From Octopus sinensis (Eukaryota): a stretch of DNA of 46,528 nt. Position 1 is the first letter of the stretch, and each line of letters opens with the position of its first letter. Location: the NCBI RefSeq assembly GCF_006345805.1, contig NW_021834614.1, positions 1 through 46,528 on the forward strand, in the 5' to 3' direction. The translations under genes and the position numbers were made by a program. Positions 10,800 to 22,350 of this stretch are shown here, piece after piece. The notes under the pieces were generated by a model that was not told where the DNA came from, made no database searches, and saw only the letters and a list, made by a program, of their open reading frames with translations.

Positions 10800-11658
10800 T
10801 GCGGTGAATAAACAGTCGTCAAAATTACGCAAAGATGAAGATAACACTAACATCTCATTTTAGCAGACATATTTACCAAAATTACATAGAAATATCTTCA
10901 GATACTAAAGAGTAAATTTATTCAGTAAAATCGCCATTGGCTTCAACCACGGCCTTTGCACGACTACGGAATCTTCTGCAACTCTTCTGGTGAATGCTGC
11001 CATAATCCTTGCCTTCAGTTAATCTTTGGTGTTACAAGGAGTTTTGTTGGACGCTCGATCAACTGCACCCCACAATGATAATTAAGCGGGTTGCAGTCTT
11101 GGGAGTTAGGTGGCCAGATGTTAGGGGTGATGTGGTCGTAGAAATTGTCTGACAGCCATCACTGGGTTCTCCTTCTTGTGTGACATGGTGCAGTGTCCTG
11201 TTGCCAGACATGGAGTCTCCCAGCAGCGACCCTCTTGACCCAGGGTAGCACTACCTCCTCCAGGCACTTGATGTAGGCCTTCATTTTCTATCTGAGTTCG
11301 TATGGGAAGATGAATCGCAGTATAATGTCGCCATCACTAGTTAGCACTCCAAATACCAGGATGTTGACTGGATGTTTGATTTTCATCATTGTTCGGTACA
11401 TGTCCTGAGATTGCACTGTCCTCAGAATGACATACAAACCCTCTGAAATGCTCGCACTGGAGCCTTTCTACGCAAATGTCAAGCAGTACAGCATGTCGTT
11501 CCCAATTTTCTGGCAAAGTGAATTGCGTCAGGGTGCTGGTTTTGTCGCAGACGGTGCCCATCTGACCCAACTATACTGTGTAGTCGACAACATCAAAGAA
11601 CGTAAACGCGCGAAATTAAATTTATAAAACGGCGGCAGTTTACCCATCTCACTCAGTA
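10800..11658 (-). mobile_element. Decayed, internally deleted Tc1/mariner element of DD37D (maT) type
   Basis: Minus strand: KHPVNILVFGVLTSDGD...EVVLPWVKRVA...WQQDTAPCH...IWPPNSQDCNPLNY...AVVEANGDF; 37 residues lie between the QQD Asp and the PL(D>N)Y position; degenerate TIRs in TA context. Confidence 0.82.
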
Positions 11659-11939
11659 TATATATGTTAGTGTGTGTGTGTGCATGTGTGTGCGTGCATG
11701 TGTGTGTGTGTCATCATCTACAGGTGTACGAAATACTATACAACATAAAAATTCTTTATTAAACTTCTGTCCGGCTCTTGAGGATGTGTGTAATTACTAA
11801 ATGCTAGTCGAGACCAGCTCCAATTGAGAAGAGGTAGGTGTATATACGTTTAGGCATATATGCAGATATCTCTCCTATACGATCATGCACCTACATTATG
11901 AGAGCATACTATTTTCATAAATAAGCACAGACATGCGCA

Positions 11940-11975
<36 letters not shown>

Positions 11976-12012
11976 TCCAATTCAACGTATGCACACAGAT
12001 ATTTGTGTATAT

Positions 12013-12077
<65 letters not shown>

Positions 12078-12507
12078 TATATACATATGTATGTGTATGT
12101 ATGTATTTGTACGTATGTATATATATATATATAATATATACCACACATACCCACACATACACACGCGCACACACACAGAAGCACTCACACAGGCACACAC
12201 ACACATATATATTTGCATTTCCAAGTAAGAATATATATAGGCATGTATGCAGTATGTATATATGTATATATACTCATATAAGCATTTTCATATAGGTATA
12301 AGCCTGTACGTATATGCGAACAGATATGCGTGCATTCTGTGTATAGATATGTATACACACATATATGCATGTTTGTATGTATGTATGTTTTTATGTATGT
12401 ATACTCAAATAAGCATATACATATATTTCGTGTATGTGTGTATACAAATACATGTGTGCGTATACTCCGAAGATATATATATATATATACACACGCACAC
12501 ACACGCA

Positions 12508-12545
<38 letters not shown>

Positions 12546-12565
12546 CACACACACATATATACACA
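11940..12565. repeat. Compound (TA)n/(CA)n/(TATG)n microsatellite
   Basis: Directly visible. Confidence 0.9.
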
Positions 12566-12765
12566 CTAGCAGTGATGAAACGTAGATGATAATACACTGG
12601 TTATATAGAGAACACTCCGAAATGTCAACGTTGAATTTGACTAATTCAATTAACATATGTTGTAACTTAACAAAGTTCACCCATGTTATTTAGGTCTGGG
12701 GTCGCAGTCGTCGCTGTCGTCGTCATCGTCGTCACCGTAGTGATAGCTACTGCTGTTGCTGTTGT

Positions 12766-12799
<34 letters not shown>

Positions 12800-12944
12800 A
12801 CAGTTCATGCTGTCCCTGTTGTTATATATTTAATGCCGTGCTTGTTATTTTGATGATGATGATGATGTTGATGATGATGTTACAATCATTGACATTTGTT
12901 GTTACAAATCTTCGTTGCTGTTGTTATTATTAAGGGCGGTGGAT

Positions 12945-13350
12945 AAGGCGGCGAGCTTGGCAGAATCGTCAGCACGCCGGGCGAAATGCTTAGAAGTATT
13001 CCGTCTGTCTTTACGTTCTGAGTTCAAAATCCGCCGGGGTCGACTTTGCCTTTCATCCTTTCGGGGTCGATTAAATAAGTACCAGTTACGCATTGGGTTC
13101 GATATAATCGACTTAATCCGTTTTTCTGTCCTTGTTTGTCCCCTTTGTGTTTAGCCCCTTGTGGGTAGTAAAGAAACAGGTATTTCGCCCGTCGCTACGT
13201 TCTGAGTTCAAATTCCGCCGAGATCGACTTTGCCTTTCATCTTTTCGGGGGTCGATGAATTAAGTACCAGTGAAATACTTTGGTCGAGGTAATCGACTAG
13301 CTCCCTTCCCCCCAAATTTTTTTGGCCTCATGACTTGAGTAAAAATAATT
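12945..13350 (+). mobile_element. Dimeric Nin-domain SINE (family B)
   Basis: One head and two Nin domains with two different tails. Confidence 0.85.
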
Positions 13351-13499
13351 ATTAAGGGTGGTGGATATGATCGGAATCTCCGAATCGTTAGAGCATCGGT
13401 GTTTTAGCTTCTGATATCGAACCCCGCCTCTGTCGACTTTGAAGACCGAGTTTTGTGGATATTCCTCTTTAAGTTGCTGAAAGAATTATGAATGAAATA

Positions 13500-13801
13500 T
13501 TCTTTTCTACTCTGGTAGGCACAAGGCCCGAAACTTTTGGCGGGGAGGGGACCAGTCGATTAGTTCGACTCCAATACACAACTGGAACTTAATTTATCGA
13601 CCCACCGAAAAGATGGAAGGCAAAGTCGACCTCGGCGGTTTTTGAACTCAGAACGTAAAAACAAATTCCGCCAAGGTCGACTTTGTCATTCATCTATTCG
13701 GGGCTCGATAAATTATGTACCAGTTGTGCACTGGGTCAATCTAATCGACTGGCTCCCTCCCTAAAGATTTCGGGCATTGTGCCTACCAAAGTAGAAAAGT
13801 A
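13500..13801. mobile_element. Palindromic head-to-head pair of 5'-truncated Nin-SINE 3' halves
   Basis: 13500-13647 is the reverse complement of 13662-13801; flanked by AATGAAATATT at 13491-13501 and 13807-13817. Confidence 0.85.
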
Positions 13802-14402
13802 TGAATAATGAAATATTAATATTTAAATTTATTTTTTGACATACCGCCATTTTGTCCGTTCGCGTCATACAGATTATTTCTTCTGAAGACAACATAGGGT
13901 TCTTATATAATTGCTTCAGTATAGTATGAATAATTGAGAGCAAAAATTAAAGTTTTGGGATATAAATGAGTTAATATACGGTTCCTAATTTAGTTGCCTT
14001 AATTATAATTATAATTTGTATGTTTATTTTACAACTACGTTTAAGGTTTGAATAGTTTCGATTAAGTTTCAGTTTCCTCACACGGTCGTTGACAGCGTGT
14101 TGTTCATTTAGTAAGCCTAAAACTATATTTTGAGCTATGGTAAATTTAATATTTAACGAGAAAGGGGTATTAAACCAAATGATTTTCAGACATACTTTTA
14201 CATTAATGATTTAATTGTAAGACTAAGCATGATAGTCCTCAGTGCCTGGGTATTGATTATATGGAACACCGCGTTTTATATTGGACTATATTAGATATTC
14301 TTCTAGCAATAGACTTCAGGAGGATTTTGAAAGTTGTGGCAGTGAAGCGGAATCTGTTAATATACTTAAAATTTAACAGTTTGTAATCTAGCTTATATAT
14401 AT

Positions 14403-14605
14403 GACCTCGTGTGTACCGTTGGCAATTTTTTTCCCTCTGTCTTCCCTTCTCTGGATCTTTCCTTCTCCTATGTTTCCGACGAAGAGCTCCGCTCGAAACG
14501 TTAAACCCCACTTCTTTCCTTCTTTCCTGAGCGTCCAATAATAATATATTTGTTCCACGTCCTCGTGTTGTTGTGTTTTTTTGTGCTTTCTTGTTTGGAT
14601 TAACT
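14403..14605 (+). mobile_element. PLE pLTR-like fragment containing a minimal hammerhead motif, abutting (TA)n
   Basis: GTTT-CCGACGA-A-GAGC-TCC-GCTC-GAAAC-GTT-AAAC at 14472-14506; a second copy lies on the minus strand at 44125-44334. Confidence 0.7.
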
Positions 14606-14656
14606 TTATATATATATATATATATTATATATATAATATATACCTGTATATAAAGT

Positions 14657-14817
14657 CGCAGGAGTGGTGTGTGTGGTAAGTAGCTTGCTTACCAACCACA
14701 TGGTTCCGAGTTCAGTCCGACTGCGTGGCACCTTGGGCAAGTGCCTTCTATTATAGCCTCAGGCCGACCAAAACCTTGTGAGTGAATTTGGTAGACAGAA
14801 ACTGAAAGACGGCCGTC

Positions 14818-14852
<35 letters not shown>

Positions 14853-15022
14853 TGTCTGTGCTTGTCCCCCCATCATCGCTTGAAAACCGATGTTGGTGTG
14901 TTTATGTCTCCGTAACCTAGCAGTTTGGCAAAAGAGAGACAGAAAAAATAAGTACTGGGTTTACAAATAATAAGTCTTGTGGTCGATTTGTTCGACATGG
15001 CCGCTGTCAGATGACTGAAACA
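14657..15022 (+). mobile_element. SINE family A
   Basis: Same head, internal (TG)n and tail as 211-915. Confidence 0.85.
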
Positions 15023-15514
15023 CACACACACACACTCGTGTGTGTGTGTGTGTGTGTGTGTGTCTACTTTTACCGAAATTAAACAAGATATCTTAGGAAT
15101 TGATTATATTCAGTTTGTGAATATTGTTATTACAAAGTTCAAGTTTTCAACGTTCGAAGCTCGTCAAATACGTTTCATCCAATTTATGCAGATCAAACTC
15201 GATCACATAATTCTTCGTCCTTCGCTCATGAACTATCCACTGCTGACATATAATGAAGCTGTTAGACTTTGCCTTCCTTGCCTTTAAACAAACAATATCA
15301 CAGCATCGTGACCGGAAATTAAATATTTATGTAATTGTCACCTGTAGCACTACATGAATTCAAAAAATCTAAAACGCCGTGACAGGACAATGTAGGATAA
15401 AATTTGATAATCTCAAAGAGCAAGAATTTTCTTTTAAAGTAAATATACTAAGTAAATGAAGAACTAAATTTATTTTAAAATTTTAATTCATTTCATCCTT
15501 TCTTTCTCATATTA

Positions 15515-15650
15515 GGTTGTGTCTGGGGAGAGTCATTTTCTTTTTGTGCCTTGTGATTTAACACACGCACCGGTAAAATTTCCACTTATTTCTTATTTTT
15601 ATTCTCATAACATTTTCGTTGAGTCTTGCAACTTTTTCAATAGTTTTGAC
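15515..15650. mobile_element. Unclassified 136-bp insertion with 10-bp flanking duplication
   Basis: TCTCATATTA at 15505-15514 and 15651-15660. Confidence 0.55.
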
Positions 15651-15771
15651 TCTCATATTAATTTAATTGATATGTCTTCTGTATTATAAATGTATCTACC
15701 TTTATGGTCTTTGAACGTTATATACGGTTTTATTAAGCTAAGCATTTGAATACATTTAGTTTATGATAGTG

Positions 15772-16045
15772 AACACACAGCTCTTCACTATCGTTCCAAA
15801 ATGCCTGAGAGACCTGCATGGTGTGGATGTAGGTGCCTTCAAAACAAAACTGGGTCTCCTTTTGTTAAGGGTTCCAGGTGAGCTTACCTCACGGCAGGAA
15901 ACACAGATGAGGGCAGCGGCATCAAACTCCTTCATTCACCAAATGCCACATATCAGAGGAGGTTTCAAATAATGGTGTAGCTCAGTCAACGGTGGTGCTC
16001 CAGCGTGACCGTAGCTGTGAAGCTGAAACATTTTAAAGAATTTAA
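15772..16045 (+). mobile_element. 3' end of a CR1-group LINE
   Basis: Translation QLFTIVPKCLRDLHGVDVGAFKTKLGLLLLRVPGE...AASNSFIHQ resembles the CR1-type ORF2 C-terminus (LFNxLP...FKxKLDxxLxxVPD.P); short 3' UTR with a stem-loop. Confidence 0.72.
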
Positions 16046-16089
16046 ATATATATATATAATAATGAAATTATTGTATATATATTGCCACC

Positions 16090-16430
16090 ATTTTATACAC
16101 ACATACATACATATACACATACATATACACACGTACATACATACACACATACGAAATACTTACATACATATTAGACATACATAGATACACTCATAAACAC
16201 ATACATACAAACATACATACACACATACATACATATACACATGCATATACACACATACATACATACACATATACGGAATACTTACATACATATTAGACGT
16301 ACATAGATACACACATAAACACATACATACAAACATACATACACACATACATGCCTATCACACATATATATGCGTAGTGTGTGTGCATTTGTGTGTGTAT
16401 GCATATGCGCGCGTGCATGCGTGTGTTAGT
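16090..16430. repeat. (CATA)n/(CA)n low-complexity tract
   Basis: Directly visible. Confidence 0.9.
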
Positions 16431-16936
16431 ATCAGGTACTTAACATATGTGTGTTGTTAAGCGTTTGAAGCTGCAGAATTATGTCTAAATGAGGTCCCTT
16501 TAAAGACAAATGATTTTAATAAACACAATATGCTTCAAAGCTAGAGGAAACGAAATCGTTCCGGAAATGAAGGAAAATGGGAGATATCAATAATTTGCAC
16601 TTTCTGACGTCCATCCGTGTCGTGTACTCGCTCCACTTCGGAAACGAATTCCAGTTAGCCAGCTGGAAATACATATAAATAGTGTAAAATCTACTTACTG
16701 ATGTGCGAAAGTTCCTCACAAGTAGAACAAAATTCAAATTTTGCGTCAGAAGCAACTGAATACTGAAAGCATTAGATTTATAGATAGACAGCTTGAATAA
16801 TAGAATGTATATATGCACGCACACACACACGCATGCATGCGGAAAAACATATCCATATCCATATCCATATACACATGTATATATATATGTGCGTCCATAT
16901 ACATACATATATGCTTATATATATATATATATAAAC

Positions 16937-16988
<52 letters not shown>

Positions 16989-17039
16989 TATATACATATA
17001 TATATATACATACATATATATACATACTTATATATATAC

Positions 17040-17082
<43 letters not shown>

Positions 17083-17192
17083 GCATATATTTGTCTAATG
17101 TGTATACATGTATGTGTATATCAATGTGTTAATAGTATTAGTGTGGTTGTGTGATTGTCTATGTGTGAATCTGTATGAAATATATTCTAGAG

Positions 17193-17223
<31 letters not shown>

Positions 17224-17274
17224 ATTGGTGAATTGAAGAAATGGAGCTGAACGCAGATTGAACAGAAATCGTTT

Positions 17275-17368
17275 TATTTCATTCTACACGTGTTTCGAAA
17301 GGCACAAATTACCAAAATCCGATTGAATAATGGGACCATATTGTGTCTTTCTCTTCAGGAAGAAAATA
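17275..17368 (-). ncRNA. Type I hammerhead ribozyme (left-arm copy)
   Basis: Mirror image of 19106-19199. Confidence 0.8.
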
Positions 17369-17955
17369 GGAAATCCGTTGGAAAAACAAAAACAGAACAG
17401 AGGCGGAGCAAAAACAAATCGAACTATGCTCTAAGAGCCCATGCCGAAACTGTTTATCAGTGTATGTTGAGAACGGTGGCTGAAGAATTTAACGGGTCAG
17501 GCATCGGTCAACCATGTGGGTGAGGGGTGTGTGGGTGTTCTTTCTGACCGAGAATAAGGTTCTGACTATTAAGGAATATTGGATGTTTTATAAGGGGCGA
17601 GAAAAAAATCTACTTAGAGACGTGTGTGTGTGTATACTGTTCTATATAGTGTGTGTTGGCGTAGGGGTAGAAAACATTTTTTGTGTACGTGTGTGCGTTT
17701 GATCGTTCGGCTGTCAGTGGCTACTGCCGCGAGAACCGTTGGGTGGCAGAAAAAAAAAATATATATATATTATGTTTTATGTGTGTGTGTGTTCATCTAA
17801 GCCTGCCTTGTCAAGGAAGCCCCCCGCTGTGAAAAAACCAAGCCCCGTTTGTCTTACAGGAGTAATTCCCCTTGCAGTGGTTAATCGTAGATATCTTAAA
17901 GGCTATTTCAGAATTTGTTACCAAGGGCTATGGGTGCCGGTATTATTTATAAACG

Positions 17956-18232
17956 CTATTTAAAAGCCAGATAAGTGTAACGCCGCCAATGGGGGGCATC
18001 GAAAAGCCGACTGTAAAAGCCCGTTTACCATCCGGCCTCTGGCAAACAAAATATGGAAGAGTTCGGAGACACAAGGGTTGCACTGCCTTCTGCCCCTATC
18101 AAATGGGAGGGCCACCGACAAAATTGACCATTCCAGCCTGTAGCTTAAGTTCGTATCCTTCAGTCGCCATATTAGCTTACTGAGTCCGTGGTCTGGCGCT
18201 TGTTCATGTCCCGAAAAGTTGCGTAATGGTTG
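17956..18232 (-). pseudogene. PLE GIY-YIG endonuclease C-terminal fragment (left arm)
   Basis: GLSKLIWRLKDTNLSYRLEWSILSVALPFDRGRRQCNPCVSELFHILF...FRCP. Confidence 0.8.
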
Positions 18233-18238
18233 GAGACA

Positions 18239-18513
18239 CAACCATTACGCAACTTTTCGGGACATGAACAAGCGCCAGACCACGGGACTCAGTAAGCTAA
18301 TATGGCGACTGAAGGATACGAACTTAAGCTACAGGCTGGAATGGTCAATTTTGTCGGTGGCCCTCCCATTTGATAGGGGCAGAAGGCAGTGCAACCTTTG
18401 TGTCTCCGAACTCTTCCATATTTGTTTGCCAGAGGCCGGATGGTAAACGGGCTTTTACAGTCGGCTTTTCGATGCCCCCATTGGCGGCGTAACACTTATC
18501 TGCTTTTAAATAG
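18239..18513 (+). pseudogene. PLE GIY-YIG endonuclease C-terminal fragment (right arm), Naiad-like CxLC...CxH
   Basis: NHYATFRDMNKRQTTGLSKLIWRLK...EWSIL...CNLCVSE; combining both arms restores ...FRCPHWRRYTYLAFK*; fits the NH..SF...T.LSK.IW.LK...W.I...C.LC..E...C.H pattern. Confidence 0.8.
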
Positions 18514-19105
18514 CGTTTATAAATAATACCGGCACCCATAGCCCTTGGTAACAAATTCTGAAATAGCCTTTAAGATATCTACGATTAACCACTGCAAGGG
18601 GAATTACTCCTGTAAGACAAACGGGGCTTGGTTTTTTCACAGCGGGGGGCTTCCTTGACAAGGCAGGCTTAGATGAACACACACACACATAAAACATAAT
18701 ATATATATATTTTTTTTTTCTGCCACCCAACGGTTCTCGCGGCAGTAGCCACTGACAGCCGAACGATCAAACGCACACACGTACACAAAAAATGTTTTCT
18801 ACCCCTACGCCAACACACACATATATAGAACAGTATACACACACACACACGTCTCTAAGTAGATTTTTTCTCGCCCCTTATAAAACATCCAATATTCCTT
18901 AAATAGTCAGAACTTTATTCTCGGTCACAAAGAACACCCACACACCCCTCACCCACATGGTTGACCGATGCCTGACCCGTTAAATTCTTCAGCCACCGGT
19001 TCTCAACATACACTGATAAACAGTTTCGGCATGGGCTCTTAGGAGCATAGTTCGATTTGTTTTTGCTCCGCCTCTGTTCTGTTTTTGTTTTTCCAACGGA
19101 TTTCC

Positions 19106-19199
19106 TATTTTCTTCCTGAAGAGAAAGACACAATATGGTCCCATTATTCAATCGGATTTTGGTAATTTGTGCCTTTCGAAACACGTGTAGAATGAAATA
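19106..19199 (+). ncRNA. Type I hammerhead ribozyme (right-arm copy), predicted cleavage after A19189
   Basis: Stem I TATTTTCTTC/GAATGAAATA; core CTGAAGA 19116-19122; stem II GAAAGACACAA/TTGTGCCTTTC; GAAAC 19178-19182; palindromic loop III ACGT; GTA cleavage triplet. Confidence 0.82.
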
Positions 19200-19749
19200 A
19201 AACGATTTCTGTTCAATCTGCGTTCAGCTCCATTTCTTCAATTCACCAATAATGTTTTAATTCATTATCCGCACCAACGCACGTTTGCAACACCATATGG
19301 TTGTACCTCCAACCGTGCTGTTTACTGCTGTGATTTTTGCTACTAAGGTATCGGTTAAACTTTTGATTAATCTACTACAAGATTATTCATCTTTCTATTT
19401 CACATTATATATATATATATATATAATCAAAATAAGCAATATATTTATATATATACATATGTATATATATCGATTGCTTATGTGTGTGTGTGTGTACACG
19501 TATTAATGTGCTTGTGTATATGTATGCGAACGTCGCAGTTGTGTGTTTGGGGGTATTTCTTCGCTTTCAATAAGATTGCGGCAGAAGACATTAATATCGC
19601 ATTGGAGACGCTTTTAGAAATATTGAAAAATATTGATAAATGCCATTTAGAATTACTCGGTCTCGCCTGTTGTCCAACTTTTCTATCCTATCTTGTGATG
19701 GAAATAGATATATTGGTGATGACCTACTATGTATCACTTAATGTATACA

Positions 19750-20215
<466 letters not shown>

Positions 20216-20273
20216 CAGACATAAACATACATACACATACGTTTAGGCTCATATATACATACACAAAAAGACA

Positions 20274-20496
20274 TACGATGGGGCGCTGATTGAAAAGTTC
20301 CTGGTTTGGGGTAAAAGAAAATAGAGGAGGATGAGTTAATTATGATTTTATTCAACAAATTCTCTTCAGATATACACGCTTATTGCAGCGGTCCTTCAGT
20401 TTTTCTAAGCCATGTGAAACAACTCAGAAGGTAGGGCCTCCAGCCACAGGATTTTCGTGATATCCTTAAGGCCAGGAACTTTTCAGCACCCCTTCA
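20274..20496. mobile_element. Mariner-type MITE
   Basis: TIRs TACGATGGGGCGCTG..TGAAAAGTTCCTGG and CCAGGAACTTTTCAGCACCCCTTC. Confidence 0.7.
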
Positions 20497-20531
20497 AACA
20501 TACAATAATTGATGTATATATATATATATTA

Positions 20532-20597
20532 CAGCGGTGGTGCCCCAGCATGGCCGCGGCCTTCGGGCTAAAACACTTTTAAGGATTTTAAGGATTT
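20532..20597 (+). mobile_element. Extreme 3' tail of a CR1-group LINE
   Basis: CGGTGGTGCCCCAGCATGGCCGCGGCCTTCGGGCTAAAAC plus (TTTTAAGGA)n; homologous to 15990-16045. Confidence 0.6.
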
Positions 20598-20805
20598 ATA
20601 TATATATATATATATATATATCTATATGTATATATATATATAATATAAATTAAAAAGGACATACTGAGTATGTCTACCTGATGGAAATACCAGTCAAAAC
20701 TTTTATTTAAACTGCTAAAATACACTGATGATAACTACAGAAATCAACCGAAGGTAGATCAGGTTAATAAAATCTCCTAACGTACATTTAAGTATTTGGG
20801 CTCAG

Positions 20806-20853
20806 GTGGACCGGTTTCTGCATTGGCAAAAATCTATTTGCCTTCTTCAGCAC
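20806..20853 (-). ncRNA. Minimal hammerhead-like motif in a (TA)n-flanked fragment (~20645-20925)
   Basis: GTG-CTGAAGA-AGGCAAA...TTTGCC.AATGCA-GAAAC-CG-GTC-CAC; palindromic ACCGGT. Confidence 0.55.
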
Positions 20854-20944
20854 GCGTTACCAAGATGGAGAGACCCAACCTATCGTTCTGAAGTCTGCGC
20901 CTTAATCATTGCAGCCACCAGTGTTTATATATGCAAACATATAA

Positions 20945-20955
20945 GTATGTATGTG

Positions 20956-21006
<51 letters not shown>

Positions 21007-21036
21007 TATATCTATATATATATATATATATATATA

Positions 21037-21134
<98 letters not shown>

Positions 21135-21160
21135 ATGTATATATATTATATATATGCGTG
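20945..21160. repeat. (TA)n microsatellite
   Basis: Directly visible. Confidence 0.97.
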
Positions 21161-21269
21161 TCCTTATATGTGTTTGACGGTGCCTGTGGGAGTGTGGCGT
21201 GTGTGTGCGTGTGTATTTGCAACTGTCACCTTCCAGCATGGAAGCTAAAGCTTACTGAGACAGACATTC

Positions 21270-21485
21270 ATTTCAAATTTTGGCACAAGGCCGGCAACTT
21301 TCGGGAAGGGTGTAAGTGGATTACATCGGCCCTAGTGCTCAGCTGACACTTATTTCATCGACCCCAAAAGACTGATAAGCAAAGTCGACCCCTGCGGAAT
21401 TTGAATCCAGAACGTACAAACGGACGAAATGCTGCTAAGCATTTCGTCCGGCGTGCTAAATGCTCTGCCAATTCTCCACCCTTAA
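21270..21485 (-). mobile_element. Nin-domain SINE (family B)
   Basis: Homologous to the copy at 4980-5195. Confidence 0.8.
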
Positions 21486-22207
21486 AGAAATAAACATTTA
21501 CATCTTAAAACATTTCTTTCTTTCGCCTCCACTTTTGGAGATCAAACCTCCATGACCATTTCTCGTTTGTGTGACGAATGACTGGGACTTATTTTTCATC
21601 GACGCCAAGAAGAGCAAAGAATGGAAAATATTCCAACCAATACTCAAACGATTCTGCTAATTCTCTCTGTAACTGTCACGTCTATTTTCAGACACACCGA
21701 CCGCTGAAACTTTGCTTTCAGAAGAATTAGACAGACCTTCACACTTTGCTAATACTATAAGGCAAATAATGACTGTCTGTTGTTGTTATTGACGTTGTTG
21801 ATTTAAATTTTATTTACAGAGAATAACTATAATGAAGATTAAAAACCACACTCTCATTATTATTTGTACATATAAGGAACACTCCGTCAGTTATAACGAT
21901 GAGGGTTCCAGTTGATCCGATCAACGGAACAGCCAGCTCGTGAAATTAACGTGCAAGTGGCTGTTTCAGAGAACACTTTGAATCGACGTCGCCCCAACGC
22001 AGCCCCTTTTGGTTGAAGTTGTTTCGTCTGCGAGTAAAAGAAAAAAGACAAAAAAAAACCAACTAAATCTCCTGCTAATGCGGAGACCTTCAAATAAATG
22101 GTTTCGTTTCCTTTTAATTCGTTGATAACCAATAAGTAAATGAATATTAATGTGTCATCATCAATGATTCTGGTCACCATCAATACCCACCGCATCAGCA
22201 GTAGCAG

Positions 22208-22350
22208 CAGCCGTTCAAGAATTTGGACCCTCGACTACAACAAGACGACCAGATTTTTTTTTTTCCGAAGGTCTGGGGTCTCCCGCCCCTAGGCCCTAGA
22301 CCATCACCTAATCACCCTTACCCGTCTTGTTGCTTAATAACAACAACAAC
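22208..22350 (+). repeat. Short dispersed duplicate (copy 1) ending in (AAC)n
   Basis: Matches 26839-27040 apart from indels. Confidence 0.75.

Larger units (their letters stand above)
17215..19405. mobile_element. Penelope-like element: inverted pair of 3' ends (arms 17215-18232 and 18239-19259) plus a 146-bp unpaired tail, in (TA)n
   Basis: ~1.02-kb arms are near-identical reverse complements around the spacer GAGACA; they contain a GIY-YIG C-terminal coding region and a hammerhead. Confidence 0.9.

Noticed and set aside
16520-16790. Unique island with TGACGT and TATAAATA words (promoter?)
   Set aside because: Short motifs are expected by chance in AT-rich DNA, and there is no downstream gene evidence
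17436-17510. GAAAC...CTGAAGA in type II hammerhead order
   Set aside because: No stem II pairing next to the core and no valid NUH triplet with stem I
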